From positions 2,311,688-2,375,687 of the forward strand of contig CAWAHF010000004.1 of assembly GCA_963781805.1 (NCBI GenBank): DNA of 64,000 bases. Reading direction: 5' to 3'. Source of the stretch: an uncultured Bacteroidales bacterium (GTDB lineage: Bacteria > Bacteroidota > Bacteroidia > Bacteroidales > UBA10428). Under the pieces are notes generated by a model. It worked only from the letters and a program-made list of their open reading frames with translations, was not told the DNA's origin and searched no databases. Of the stretch, positions 46,801-56,548 are shown piece by piece; position 1 is the first letter of the stretch, and each line of letters begins with the position of its first letter. The translations under genes were made by a program, and so were the position numbers.

Positions 46801-48246
46801 TGGATCTTTAACATATACGTCTCCATTAAACCTATTATTTTGAAGTATACCGGAAAGCTTAATATTTCTATATACATAATGCTTAAGTTCAAGATATTGA
46901 ATTTCACCGTTTGTATTTGCAGATAAAGATTTTCCCGATTCGATTGAACCATCTGTTTTAACCTGAAAAGATATATTGCCTATGTTCTTTTCATTCTGAA
47001 GTAATTTACCAAGTTTAAAATTCTCTGTTGTAACCTTTCCACTGAAAATCAAATTTTGCGAGGTATCTGGTTTTAGCAATACATCTGTCTTTAGCAAACC
47101 CAGGTCAGAAATTAACGTGCCATACGCTACAAAATCATTCACAAAACCGGTAAACTGACCAGAATAATGGAAGACTCCCATTTGATCTAGTATTTCCGGA
47201 AATTTTAATTGCCTGTTTCCGGGTAACGTAAATTCTTTAAGATCCGACACCCTGGTTTGCAATTTATTGAATTTAGCATAAATAAATGTTTCGTTGATAT
47301 CGGGTAAACCATCCAGATCGAAATTGCCGGAAAGGCTAGAATATTTTCCAAATTTAATATGGATATTCTTACCAGATAAATTATCAACAGGACCTCTGAA
47401 CTCACCCGAAAGTATTAAGGACTGATAGGAATCACGAAATACGGGCGCAAAATAAGAAAGATCGTATAAGTTAAGACTGGACTCCAATACAGAGACATCA
47501 AAATGGATATTTGAATAAAGCGTTTCTGTTCTGAAATCGCTATAATTGTTAAAATAAAGATTTGCCCTGAGTCCGTTTATTGACGAAAGTGGAGTAACTA
47601 TGGCATAGTCCTCAAAATTTAGTTGCGTATTGCATATGCTGGTTTTTGAACTGAAATTTGAGAGATTAAATCCACTTATTTCGTGAAAATTAAGCTCTTT
47701 AATGATAAAATTGAGGGTATCGGCTTCGGGTTTAAACCTTCGTAAATCTATATTAAGATTACTTAACTTAATATCATTAAAATTGATACCATATTCTTTA
47801 TCCATTGCACCGAAACTTGCCAGATTGAAACGGCTGTTGTTGATCCTGATATTTTTAATTTCCAGATCCCATCTATCTTTTTTACCATTTCCTTTTTTAA
47901 GAAATTTATCAAGAATTAACTTTAGATTAATGGTTCGGGTAGAATCGATATAGAAATTAATAAATGCGTCTTCCAGTGTAACTCTCTGAATGGTAAGAAT
48001 TTTTTTCCTGATTTTTGGCTGTGATATGCTTGCTGTAACCTTCTCGGAATATAGCAGGGTGTCACCGGCTAAATCTTCAATATATAAATTATTTATTTGT
48101 AATTTATTGAAAAATGTTATTGCAATCTCACCCACCGAAAATTTTGTATGGATATTATCAGACATGTATTTTAAAGTGCGTTTTGCCACCAGTGTTTGCA
48201 CATAATCACTCTGAAGCGCAATAAATGCAGTTAATGGAATAAACAA
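43825..48246 (-). CDS. tamB: TamB-like translocation/assembly module protein (DUF490)
   Basis: 1473 aa, N/S/T-rich beta-rich repeats with a conserved C-terminal DUF490-like end. The open frame continues upstream to 48291 and encodes IKKTLKIFGIVILFVL (see findings). Confidence 0.8.
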   Translation of the reverse strand: MFIPLTAFIALQSDYVQTLVAKRTLKYMSDNIHTKFSVGEIAITFFNKLQINNLYIEDLAGDTLLYSEKVTASISQPKIRKKILTIQRVTLEDAFINFYIDSTRTINLKLILDKFLKKGNGKKDRWDLEIKNIRINNSRFNLASFGAMDKEYGINFNDIKLSNLNIDLRRFKPEADTLNFIIKELNFHEISGFNLSNFSSKTSICNTQLNFEDYAIVTPLSSINGLRANLYFNNYSDFRTETLYSNIHFDVSVLESSLNLYDLSYFAPVFRDSYQSLILSGEFRGPVDNLSGKNIHIKFGKYSSLSGNFDLDGLPDINETFIYAKFNKLQTRVSDLKEFTLPGNRQLKFPEILDQMGVFHYSGQFTGFVNDFVAYGTLISDLGLLKTDVLLKPDTSQNLIFSGKVTTENFKLGKLLQNEKNIGNISFQVKTDGSIESGKSLSANTNGEIQYLELKHYVYRNIKLSGILQNNRFNGDVYVKDPNIVFDFKGIIDIASDTPRYDFSASVTQANLYALNIDPKDPSQEISFDIEAHAEGNSLSNMNGNVKLVNALFTKKDQQIQIYDLYASAYNNHVSNSFIFRSDFVDVDVSGNYQVDKIHESLNRFVNYYLPSLIDSGKCVFDDLKNGFQFNVKFKNTKPIFDYFFQDYFIGENTSIEGTFQPDSNHLYVHAQSPLLRVKNNTWNNLYLNVESDDSVFNVTSGSENLVLGNKINLENFTILSDIGSDTLNLTVRWNNWDSATYKGEINAAIQFEHQDDNTFPMLLVDLRPTKIITYDTLWNIAQCDVRIDKRKIEVGNIYINHKDQYFRIYGDISENPEDNLNVEFHDFNLDNLNSFTGSEGFRISGIMNGNANISSVYANPVFYSQLAIDSLGINNETLGNTVINSQWNNLEKSIQIDAYAKRGNLKTIAIEGEYLPGGEGKLDFDIDLNKLRLDLFNPYIKNLASNLKGLASGNLKLNGSIKKPVFSGELLMQKAEFTVNYLKTRYEFTKKVTIDKNNILFNDLQVFDNYGNSSIVNGTISNNYLKNFRFNLTINAKDFEFLNTSHLDNSQFYGSAFGTGLVIIRGTPKNITMDINAKTEKNTRIYIPLSNQETITQYNFVNFVPPNESENTESIEKKYQVNLTGLQLNFDLEVTPDAEVQLIFDPTVGDIIKGNGSGNLKMQINTLGQFNMYGNYTVEEGEYLFTLLNVINRKFLIDYGGTINWNGNPFDAEINLKAIYRTKASLKDLSVQINSTTKTTVDCQILMTGKLMSPNIQYDIYLPNVEESTRDLVKSKISSNEELNKQFAALLVLSRFLPEDPSGTSTFGSSSPYSDAANVNASEFLSNQLSNWLSQISNDVDFQLNYRSDNSKVKSNEIEVAMSTQLLNDHLTIYGNLGVPTNTTNATAQQTNKIVGDVDVDYKITNNGKLRITAFNHSNEDQLVPLSSAYTQGVGLVYKEEFNTFGELWKRYWHAILGEVDRKKKKSVTINK

Positions 48247-48350
48247 AACAAAGAGTATTACAATGCCAAATATTTTAAGTGTCTTTTTGATAACTTTGCA
48301 GTTTAGATTAGAGAACGTAAAAAAAATAAAAAAAGTTCAATAAAATACAC

Positions 48351-49370
48351 ATGAGCGTTAAAATTTTAGGCATAGAATCATCATGTGATGATACAGCTGC
48401 TGCCATAATTGAAGATGGGTTTATTCTTAGCAGTAGAATTGCCAACCAGGATGTTCACCGACAATACGGCGGCGTTGTTCCTGAACTGGCCTCCAGGGCT
48501 CATCAGCAGAATATCATCCCGGTAGTTGAAACTGCTTTGAATGAAGCCGGGTGCAAAAAATCGGACATAAATGCCGTAGCTTTTACCCGGGGCCCCGGTC
48601 TCATGGGTTCTTTGCTTGTTGGTACCTCTTTTGCTAAAGGGTTCGCACTTTCAGCAGGTATTCCCATAATTGAAATCAATCATCTTCAGGCACATGTCCT
48701 GGCTCTTTTTATTCAACGTAAAAATGAATCAAAAATCCTGCCACAATTTCCATTTCTTTGCCTGCTTGTTTCAGGTGGTCACACACAATTAATAATTGTC
48801 AACGATTTTCTGGATATGAAAATCATAGGCCAGACCATTGACGATGCTGCCGGAGAGGCATTCGACAAATGTGCAAAAGTAATGGGGTTTCCCTATCCTG
48901 GTGGTCCGTTAATCGATAAATATGCAAAGGAGGGAAATCTTAATACATTTAAATTCAGTAAACCAAAAATTAAAGATTTTGATTATAGTTTTAGCGGTCT
49001 TAAAACTTCTTTTCTCTATTTTTTAAGAGACCGGTTGAAGGAAGACAAAGAATTTATTGAAAAAAATAAGGCAGATATTTGTGCCTCACTTCAAAAGACT
49101 ATTATTGATATATTACTTGAGAAATTAATGGCTGCATCAGAGCATACCGGTATAAACGAAATCGCCATTGCAGGAGGAGTATCAGCTAATTCAGGACTCA
49201 GGAATGCAATTATCACACAGGGGAATCTGAAAAAGTGGCAAATTCATATCCCTGAATTTCAATATTCAACAGATAATGCTGCAATGATTGCCATTACAGG
49301 TTATTACAAATTTTTAAAGAAACAATATGCCTCCCTGGATGTCTTTCCATTTGCCAGATTTAAAGCTTAA
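48351..49370 (+). CDS. tsaD: tRNA N6-adenosine threonylcarbamoyltransferase
   Basis: 339 aa. ILGIESSCDDTAAA, HxxxH metal site (NHLQAHVL), GGVSAN. Confidence 0.95.
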   Translation: MSVKILGIESSCDDTAAAIIEDGFILSSRIANQDVHRQYGGVVPELASRAHQQNIIPVVETALNEAGCKKSDINAVAFTRGPGLMGSLLVGTSFAKGFALSAGIPIIEINHLQAHVLALFIQRKNESKILPQFPFLCLLVSGGHTQLIIVNDFLDMKIIGQTIDDAAGEAFDKCAKVMGFPYPGGPLIDKYAKEGNLNTFKFSKPKIKDFDYSFSGLKTSFLYFLRDRLKEDKEFIEKNKADICASLQKTIIDILLEKLMAASEHTGINEIAIAGGVSANSGLRNAIITQGNLKKWQIHIPEFQYSTDNAAMIAITGYYKFLKKQYASLDVFPFARFKA

Positions 49371-49738
49371 AATTACTCCAATATCAGAAGGGTTATGATA
49401 TTTTGATTTGTGATTTGAAAGCAACGAACCTTTATTTCCAAGATTCAGTTCAAAGGTTGTTCAATTTTTTTGTTAAATCGGGAACCTGAAATTCTTTGTT
49501 ACAAATGACTAAATCCCTGATTTTTCTTTACCTGTTTTCTCAAAAAATTTAACAAATCAGAAAAAACGTTGAAGTTTTTTGACAAATTGTTAATTATTTG
49601 TGATGAATAGTTCTTTAATTACTAAAATGTTCGTTTAATTTTATAAATTATTTTTTAAACTTAATAAACCAAAACTTATTTTCCCGGTAAGAATTTAAAT
49701 AACTTAAGCCAATTAGGGAATTACAGAAAATATATAAC

Positions 49739-50113
49739 ATGGATAATCTGCTAATTGAAAGCACGAAGAAAACCCCCGAAGTTGCCTTTAACATTGATGG
49801 GAAAATAAGAATTAGCGGTAGATCAATCCCTGAAGATGCTACAAAATTCTATGACGATCTTTACGAATGGGTCTACTTTTACTGCCAGGAACCACCCGAT
49901 TCTACTACGGTTGATATTGAACTCGAATATTTCAATAGTGGTTCATCCAAAGCTATTCTTCATATTTTAAGGGCGCTTGTTGATATTTCCAAGAAAGGAC
50001 ATAAGCTTACCATAAACTGGTACTACGAGGAGGGTGATGACGATATCATGGAACGAGGTGAGTATTATGAATCAATTCTGGAAACCAAATTCAATTTTAT
50101 TGAGACTCAATAA
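49739..50113 (+). CDS. DUF1987 (SiaC-like) protein
   Basis: 124 aa. TPEVAFNIDGKIRISGRSIPEDATKFYDDLYEW...LEYFNSGSSKAI matches the DUF1987 pattern. Confidence 0.7.
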   Translation: MDNLLIESTKKTPEVAFNIDGKIRISGRSIPEDATKFYDDLYEWVYFYCQEPPDSTTVDIELEYFNSGSSKAILHILRALVDISKKGHKLTINWYYEEGDDDIMERGEYYESILETKFNFIETQ

Positions 50114-51218
50114 CATCCTGCTTATTTCTTTTTCTTCTTTTTAAAAAAATCTTTATATTCTCGACAGTCAAAGCATGTTTTTTTGTTCCTTTTGTACCTA
50201 ACAGAAATGAATAAGCCTGTAATCCCGGCACATTTTTAATCACTATTTTAAACATTGCCAAAAACGGTATAACTACCAACATACCCGGAACTCCCCAAAT
50301 CATTGCACCCAGAATCAGGCCCAGAATAATGAAAAACGGATTGATTCTAACGTTGTTACCAACAATATTCGGACTCAGAATATTGTTTTCAACAAAATGA
50401 ACAATTAATACAAAAATCAAAATTCTTAAGGAATATATCGGGGAATCCTGCGTAAGCAGTGCATATAGAAATGGGAATAACCCACCGATAAAATTTCCGA
50501 AATACGGGATGAATGAAAAGACGGCCGAAATAATACCCATGATTACCGGGTACTCCAATCCAAGGATCAGATAACCCAACGAATTGAATATGCACAAAAT
50601 CAGGACAACTGTTGTTACTCCCAGCATATATCTTGTAACTACCGTGGAAATTTCTTTCAGTACTTTTACAGTAGTTAATCTGTTTTCCTTACCAACAATT
50701 TTAAGTATAAAATAGGCAAATTTTGTCCTGTAATAAAGAAATAGAAATATATAAACAGGCTGCATTCCAATCATAAATAATGTTCCTGTAGTAGCCGAAA
50801 ATATCTTTTCCGATTTTATTTTTAAATCCAGGAACCTGTTGTTAATAAATTTATCAGTAATATAATCCGGAATACCTATTGTATTTTTTAGTGCTGTTTC
50901 GAGTAATTTTAAATTTCCAATAGCTTTTTCGCGAAAATTTGACAGATTATCAGAAAATAAATTGATCCTTTTGACAAATAAAAGTACTAAAAAGGCCAGT
51001 ACAGAAATGGCTATCAATAGGCTGATAATAATCGCCAGAATTCTGGGTAATCCTTTTTTTTCAAGAAAATTTGCTATCGGATAAAGAAGGTATGAGAGCA
51101 ACATCCCAAAAGTTAAAGGATATAGAAAATCTCTTGCCAATATAATTCCATACAAAATAAGAAAGACAGTTATAAGAAAAAAAGTAATTCTGTATGATTT
51201 TATGGCCGCTTTATACAT
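50097..51218 (-). CDS. AI-2E family transporter (PerM/UPF0118)
   Basis: 373 aa, multi-TM, with the C-terminal motif GMLVVIPFLAMFK. Confidence 0.85.
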   Translation of the reverse strand: MYKAAIKSYRITFFLITVFLILYGIILARDFLYPLTFGMLLSYLLYPIANFLEKKGLPRILAIIISLLIAISVLAFLVLLFVKRINLFSDNLSNFREKAIGNLKLLETALKNTIGIPDYITDKFINNRFLDLKIKSEKIFSATTGTLFMIGMQPVYIFLFLYYRTKFAYFILKIVGKENRLTTVKVLKEISTVVTRYMLGVTTVVLILCIFNSLGYLILGLEYPVIMGIISAVFSFIPYFGNFIGGLFPFLYALLTQDSPIYSLRILIFVLIVHFVENNILSPNIVGNNVRINPFFIILGLILGAMIWGVPGMLVVIPFLAMFKIVIKNVPGLQAYSFLLGTKGTKKHALTVENIKIFLKRRKRNKQDVIESQ

Positions 51219-51331
51219 ATTAAAATAACATTACAATACGTTACAAATTTATCAAAATTGATAATGTTAATATCCGAACCTGATATGAAATTAAAAAAAT
51301 GGTAATATTTGTGCATAATTTTTAGTGAGTC

Positions 51332-52147
51332 ATGAAAATAGTTAAAGGATTCATGTTATTTTCTTTCTTATTTTTTGGACATACTGAGGCACAAAAGACC
51401 TGTGATGCCCTTGAGATAAATTTTCAACCAGGCGAATCGTTAGATTATGTGGTATCGTACAACTGGTTTGTTATCTGGACAGAAGTAGGTGAAGTAACCT
51501 TCTCTATGGAAAAGACAAATGTCGGTGAGACCTCATGTTACCATCTTTTGGGCGTTGGAGAAACCTATCCCGGCTGGGATTTGTTTTTTAAAGTGAGAGA
51601 CAGCTATGAATCATGGGTTTATCCCGAAACATTAAAACCATTTTATTTCAAACGAAAAGTAAGAGAGGGAGGTTATAATATTGATATCAGCTATCTGTTC
51701 AACAGGAAAAAAAAATATGCTATAAGTTCGTATAAGGTAAACCAGAAGCCTGAACAGAAAGATACCCTAAAAATTACCGATTGCACTTTTGATATCATGT
51801 CGGTATTATATTACGCAAGAACCTTGGATTACTCAAAACTTGAAGTAAATCAAACGATTCCATTTACAATACTTCTCGACAGAAAACTTGAGAATGTTTA
51901 TTTCAGATATTTGGGAATAGAACCTTTAAAAATCAGACATTTGGGTGAATTCGAATGCATTAAGCTTTCTATTCTGGTTGTCGCCGGTTCTGTTTTTAAG
52001 GGTGGAGAATCAATGACTCTCTGGATCACAAACGATAAAAACAAAATACCGGTCTATCTCGCGTCTCCGATAATTGTCGGTTCGGTAAAAGTCAAATTAC
52101 AATCCTACAACAATCTGAAATACCCCCTGGAATCTTTAGTTAATTAA
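51332..52147 (+). CDS. DUF3108-like secreted protein
   Basis: 271 aa with a signal peptide. F.PGE.L.Y.V....I.AG...F-type N-terminal pattern. Confidence 0.55.
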   Translation: MKIVKGFMLFSFLFFGHTEAQKTCDALEINFQPGESLDYVVSYNWFVIWTEVGEVTFSMEKTNVGETSCYHLLGVGETYPGWDLFFKVRDSYESWVYPETLKPFYFKRKVREGGYNIDISYLFNRKKKYAISSYKVNQKPEQKDTLKITDCTFDIMSVLYYARTLDYSKLEVNQTIPFTILLDRKLENVYFRYLGIEPLKIRHLGEFECIKLSILVVAGSVFKGGESMTLWITNDKNKIPVYLASPIIVGSVKVKLQSYNNLKYPLESLVN

Positions 52148-52272
52148 TTATATATTATGATATTAAGAATCTTATTTAAATTCAAACTAAATTATAAAAA
52201 AATAGATTAAATCACATTTCACTTGAAAGAACATAATTATTTTTGTAAATTCTCAAAACGGGATGTCATTTA

Positions 52273-52695
52273 ATGAGTTCTACTGACTGTATTGATCAAA
52301 TAGGGATTATTGAAGAAGTGAAAGAACATAGTGTACGTGTTCGCTTTCAATCAGCCCCGGCATGCGGAAGTTGTTCAGCCAAAAGTTTGTGTTCTCCTGC
52401 AACACCCGATAACAAAATAATCGAAATCGAAAACCAAAATGAAGGGTTTACCGTAGGAGAATCAGTTAAAATTTCAATCTCAAAAAAAATGGGATTTATT
52501 GCGTTGTTTTTTGGTTATGTGTTGCCTTTCCTGCTGGTACTTTGTACGCTTATCTTTACAATTTCTTTAGGAATAAGGGAATCACTTTCAGGATTGCTTT
52601 CCATTTCTATCTTACTGCCTTATTATTTTTTGATCTACCTGTTCAGAGAAAAAATGAATCACATGTTTATTTTCACTTTAGATAAACTTTACTGA
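52273..52695 (+). CDS. RseC/MucC-family protein (SoxR-reducing system component) preceding rnf
   Basis: 140 aa. N-terminal CGSCSAKSLC cysteine cluster plus two C-terminal TM helices. Abuts rnfB. Confidence 0.7.
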   Translation: MSSTDCIDQIGIIEEVKEHSVRVRFQSAPACGSCSAKSLCSPATPDNKIIEIENQNEGFTVGESVKISISKKMGFIALFFGYVLPFLLVLCTLIFTISLGIRESLSGLLSISILLPYYFLIYLFREKMNHMFIFTLDKLY

Positions 52696-52696
52696 T

Positions 52697-53632
52697 ATGA
52701 ATGCTGTCGTAATATATACAATACTTTCACTTAGCCTGTTGGGGATAACAGCAGCTATTATATTATTCCTGGTTGCCCAAAAATTTAAAGTATATGAAGA
52801 TCCAAGAATTGATGAAGTTGAAGCATCATTACCGGCTGCAAATTGCGGCGGATGTGGATTTGCCGGCTGCAGGAATTTTGCGGAGGTTTTGGTAAAGGCC
52901 GAGAATTTTGATACCCTATACTGCCCGGTTGGAGGAAATGAAACCATGTCAACCATTGCCTCGATTCTCGGAAGAAATGCTGTTGAACAAGATCCGCTGG
53001 TCGCAGTTTTGAGATGCAACGGCGCTTGTGAGTTCAGGCCCAAAACAACGCACTACGACGGAGCCGGAACTTGTGCAATTGAATCAGCATTATATGGCGG
53101 GGATACCGGTTGTCAGTTTGGTTGCCTTGGTTATGGCGATTGTGTTGACGTATGTAAATTTGATGCCCTCCATATGGACCCGGTTACAGGTTTACCGGTA
53201 GTTGACGATTTGAAATGTACCGCATGCGGTGCTTGTGTTAAAGCATGCCCCAAAAACCTTTTTGAACTGCGAAAACGGCAGAAAAAAGAAAGAAAAATAT
53301 ATGTTGCCTGCATGAACGAAGATAAAGGCGGTTTGGCCAAAAAGTACTGTACTGTTGCATGTACAGGTTGCACAAAATGTTTTAAAGTATGTCCTTATGA
53401 GGCTATTACCATGGGAAATAATCTTGCCTTTATCGATTCTGAAAAATGCAGACTTTGCAGAAAATGCGTGCCTGAATGTCCGACAAATGCTATCATAGAA
53501 ATAGGATTTCCTCCACCCAGGGAGCCAAAACCTGTAGAAAATGTTTCTGAAAAAGTTAATGGTAACACATCCGGAAACCCGGAAATAACTGATAACGAAA
53601 ATTTATCTAATAACATTAAAAACGAAAACTAA
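52697..53632 (+). CDS. rnfB: Rnf electron-transport complex subunit B
   Basis: 311 aa. N-terminal TM, CGGCGFAGC, and multiple 4Fe-4S CxxCxxCxxxCP motifs. Confidence 0.9.
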   Translation: MNAVVIYTILSLSLLGITAAIILFLVAQKFKVYEDPRIDEVEASLPAANCGGCGFAGCRNFAEVLVKAENFDTLYCPVGGNETMSTIASILGRNAVEQDPLVAVLRCNGACEFRPKTTHYDGAGTCAIESALYGGDTGCQFGCLGYGDCVDVCKFDALHMDPVTGLPVVDDLKCTACGACVKACPKNLFELRKRQKKERKIYVACMNEDKGGLAKKYCTVACTGCTKCFKVCPYEAITMGNNLAFIDSEKCRLCRKCVPECPTNAIIEIGFPPPREPKPVENVSEKVNGNTSGNPEITDNENLSNNIKNEN

Positions 53633-53633
53633 C

Positions 53634-54965
53634 GTGTTGAAGACCTTTTCAAAAGGAGGTGTCCACCCTTCCGAAAATAAATTATCTGCTGGTTTGGGAA
53701 TAGAAACATTACCCCCTCCCAAAACTGTGACCATTCCTCTTTCACAACATCTTGGAATGCCAGCCAAACCTGTGGTCAATAAAGGTGATTCAGTCAAGGC
53801 AGGACAATTGATTGCCAAAGGAGACGGGTTTGTATCGGGCAATATTCATGCTTCTGTATCCGGTAAAGTAACCAAAATTGATACTGAACTTGATATCAGC
53901 GGATATAAGCGTCCTTGCATTATCATTGAGGTAATTGGTGATGACTGGATGGAATCTGTGGAAAAAACACCTGAACTAAAAAAAGAATTCAATTATACAT
54001 CTGAAGAAATCATTGCCAAAGTTCAGGAAGCTGGTATAGTTGGTTTAGGTGGTGCGACCTTCCCATCACATGTAAAACTATCCATACCAAGAGGAAAAGT
54101 TGCCGAATATCTCCTGATAAACGGGGTGGAGTGTGAACCTTATCTGACGTCCGATCAAGCCTTGATGCTGGAAAAAGGAGAAGAGCTTATGATAGGAATT
54201 CAGATAATGAAGAAAGCGCTGAATGTAAAAAAGGCATTTATTGGCATTGAAAACAATAAACCCGATGCAATAAGTCATATGCAAACCCTTTCGGGAAATT
54301 ATGATGGGATAGAGGTTTGTGCTCTGAAGGTTAAATATCCTCAAGGCGGTGAAAAACAGTTGATTAAAGCAGTTTTAAACAGGGAAGTGCCTTCGGGTGG
54401 CTTACCTGTAGATATTGGTGCAGTTGTTTTTAACGTGGGGACAATTTTTGCCGTTTATGAAGCTGTACAAAAAAATAAACCTTTGTTTGAGAGAGTAGTG
54501 ACTGTTACAGGTAAATCTGTAAAAAAACCTTCTAATTTCCGGACCCGTATTGGAACACCTATTTCAGTATTAATAGAAGCAGTCGGTGGAATGCCGGAAG
54601 ATGCAGGAAAGTTAATCAGTGGAGGACCTATGATGGGAAAATCTTTTAGTGATCCTTCTGTACCTGTTATCAAGGGAAGTTCCGGAATTTTGATACTTCC
54701 CCAAAAAGAATCGAAACGACCGGTAGTTCAACCTTGTATCCGTTGCGCCAGGTGTGTTTCTGTTTGCCCTATGGGACTTGAACCCTACCTGTTGATGCCA
54801 TTGTCTCAATATGGTTTATTCGAAAGACTTGAAAATGAAAAAGTCATGGATTGTATTGAATGTGGGTCATGCAGTTATATTTGTCCGGCGGGCAGACCGT
54901 TACTGGATTACATCAGACTGGGAAAAACCAATGTTGGTAAAATAATACGTACAAGAAAAAAATAA
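53634..54965 (+). CDS. rnfC: Rnf complex subunit C
   Basis: 443 aa. GGATFP NADH/FMN site and two C-terminal 4Fe-4S motifs. Confidence 0.9.
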   Translation: MLKTFSKGGVHPSENKLSAGLGIETLPPPKTVTIPLSQHLGMPAKPVVNKGDSVKAGQLIAKGDGFVSGNIHASVSGKVTKIDTELDISGYKRPCIIIEVIGDDWMESVEKTPELKKEFNYTSEEIIAKVQEAGIVGLGGATFPSHVKLSIPRGKVAEYLLINGVECEPYLTSDQALMLEKGEELMIGIQIMKKALNVKKAFIGIENNKPDAISHMQTLSGNYDGIEVCALKVKYPQGGEKQLIKAVLNREVPSGGLPVDIGAVVFNVGTIFAVYEAVQKNKPLFERVVTVTGKSVKKPSNFRTRIGTPISVLIEAVGGMPEDAGKLISGGPMMGKSFSDPSVPVIKGSSGILILPQKESKRPVVQPCIRCARCVSVCPMGLEPYLLMPLSQYGLFERLENEKVMDCIECGSCSYICPAGRPLLDYIRLGKTNVGKIIRTRKK

Positions 54966-55966
54966 TGAATAACCTACTAACCGTTTCACCTTCACCACAC
55001 ATTAACAGCAGTCAATCTGTAAGTAAGCTCATGTATGGAGTGGTGCTTTCGCTTGTTCCTGCATTCCTGATTTCGTTTTATGTTTTTGGAATCGGTGTAT
55101 TGATCGTAACAGCAGTATCTATTTCTTCATGCCTGCTTTTCGAAATGTTGATTCAGAAATATATTCTCAATACAAAAGTCACTATTACCGATGGTTCTGC
55201 AATTGTCACAGGTTTGTTGCTGGCGTTTAACCTTCCGTCAAACCTGCCCTGGTGGATGATAATCGCAGGGAGTTTATTTGCAATCGGGATTGGTAAAATG
55301 GCCTACGGAGGTTTGGGTAATAATCCGTTTAATCCTGCGCTTGCCGGCCGTGTATTTTTGTTGATATCTTTTCCTGTTCAGATGACAAGCTGGCCCTTGC
55401 CCATGCAGTCCAAACTTAGTTATCTGGATGCTGTTACTGGGGCAACTCCTTTGGGATTCTTTAAAGAGGAAATCAGAAGCGGCAAATTGGCAAATGAAAT
55501 TATGAATCAGATACCGGATAACATGCAGCTTTTTTTAGGTAAAATGGGAGGTTCTCTTGGAGAGATTTCAGCAATTGCCCTCTTAATAGGCTTTGCATGG
55601 CTTTTATACAAACGAATAATTACCTGGCATATACCTGTTTTTATGATGGGTACCATTTTTATTTTTACCGGAATCCTATGGCTTATCGATCCTGCTAAAA
55701 ATGCTTCTCCGGTATTCCATCTTCTGACGGGAGGCGTAATGCTCGGTGCGATTTACATGGCAACCGACCTCGTAACATCTCCAATGACCAAACCGGGCAT
55801 GATAATATTTGCCATTGGAATTGGTTTTATTACAGTTATTATCAGGGTAGTTGGATCATATCCCGAAGGGGTGTCATTTGCAATTCTTATCATGAATGCA
55901 TTTGTACCGCTTATTAACAAATATGTCAAACCAAAACGTTTTGGTATGGAGGTGAAGAATGGCTAA
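54965..55966 (+). CDS. rnfD: Rnf complex subunit D
   Basis: 333 aa, NqrB/RnfD-like membrane protein with the SGAT-like FMN site (DAVTGATPL). Confidence 0.9.
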   Translation: MNNLLTVSPSPHINSSQSVSKLMYGVVLSLVPAFLISFYVFGIGVLIVTAVSISSCLLFEMLIQKYILNTKVTITDGSAIVTGLLLAFNLPSNLPWWMIIAGSLFAIGIGKMAYGGLGNNPFNPALAGRVFLLISFPVQMTSWPLPMQSKLSYLDAVTGATPLGFFKEEIRSGKLANEIMNQIPDNMQLFLGKMGGSLGEISAIALLIGFAWLLYKRIITWHIPVFMMGTIFIFTGILWLIDPAKNASPVFHLLTGGVMLGAIYMATDLVTSPMTKPGMIIFAIGIGFITVIIRVVGSYPEGVSFAILIMNAFVPLINKYVKPKRFGMEVKNG

Positions 55967-56534
55967 GAGAATAGAATCGACACTTGTCAACATGATCCTT
56001 TCGTTGATGCTGATTTCAATGGGGATGTCTGCCACCCTGACATTCGTTTACCTGAAAACCAAAGGGCCTATTGAAAATGCCGCCAAACAAAAAGAAATTA
56101 GTGCTATAAAACAGGTATTACCCGCATTTAATAGTGATCCAATAGCAAACCAATTTCAGAAACAAGGATTGAAAATATATGCCCCTGAAAATAACAACCA
56201 ACCTGTGGGTTATGCAATTAAGACATACTCCGACAAAGGATTTGGAGGTAAAATTGAACTCATGGCAGGATTTCTTTCTGACAGTACAATTCACGATATT
56301 ACTGTACTGCAACAAAAGGAAACTCCCGGACTTGGAACCCGAATGACTGAGGATAAATTTAAGAATCAGTTCATTGGAAAGAATCCTGACAAATTCATTC
56401 TGAAAGTGAAAAAAGACGGTGGTGATGTGGATGCAATATCTGCGGCGACAATAAGTTCCAGAGCTTATTGCGATGCCCTGCAACGGGCATATGATTCCTT
56501 CAAACAAGTAGAAGATTCTATATCAACTAAATAA
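55959..56534 (+). CDS. rnfG: Rnf complex subunit G
   Basis: 191 aa with an FMN-binding domain (DAISAATISSRA). Confidence 0.9.
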   Translation: MAKRIESTLVNMILSLMLISMGMSATLTFVYLKTKGPIENAAKQKEISAIKQVLPAFNSDPIANQFQKQGLKIYAPENNNQPVGYAIKTYSDKGFGGKIELMAGFLSDSTIHDITVLQQKETPGLGTRMTEDKFKNQFIGKNPDKFILKVKKDGGDVDAISAATISSRAYCDALQRAYDSFKQVEDSISTK

Positions 56535-56548
56535 AAAACATCTCTGAA

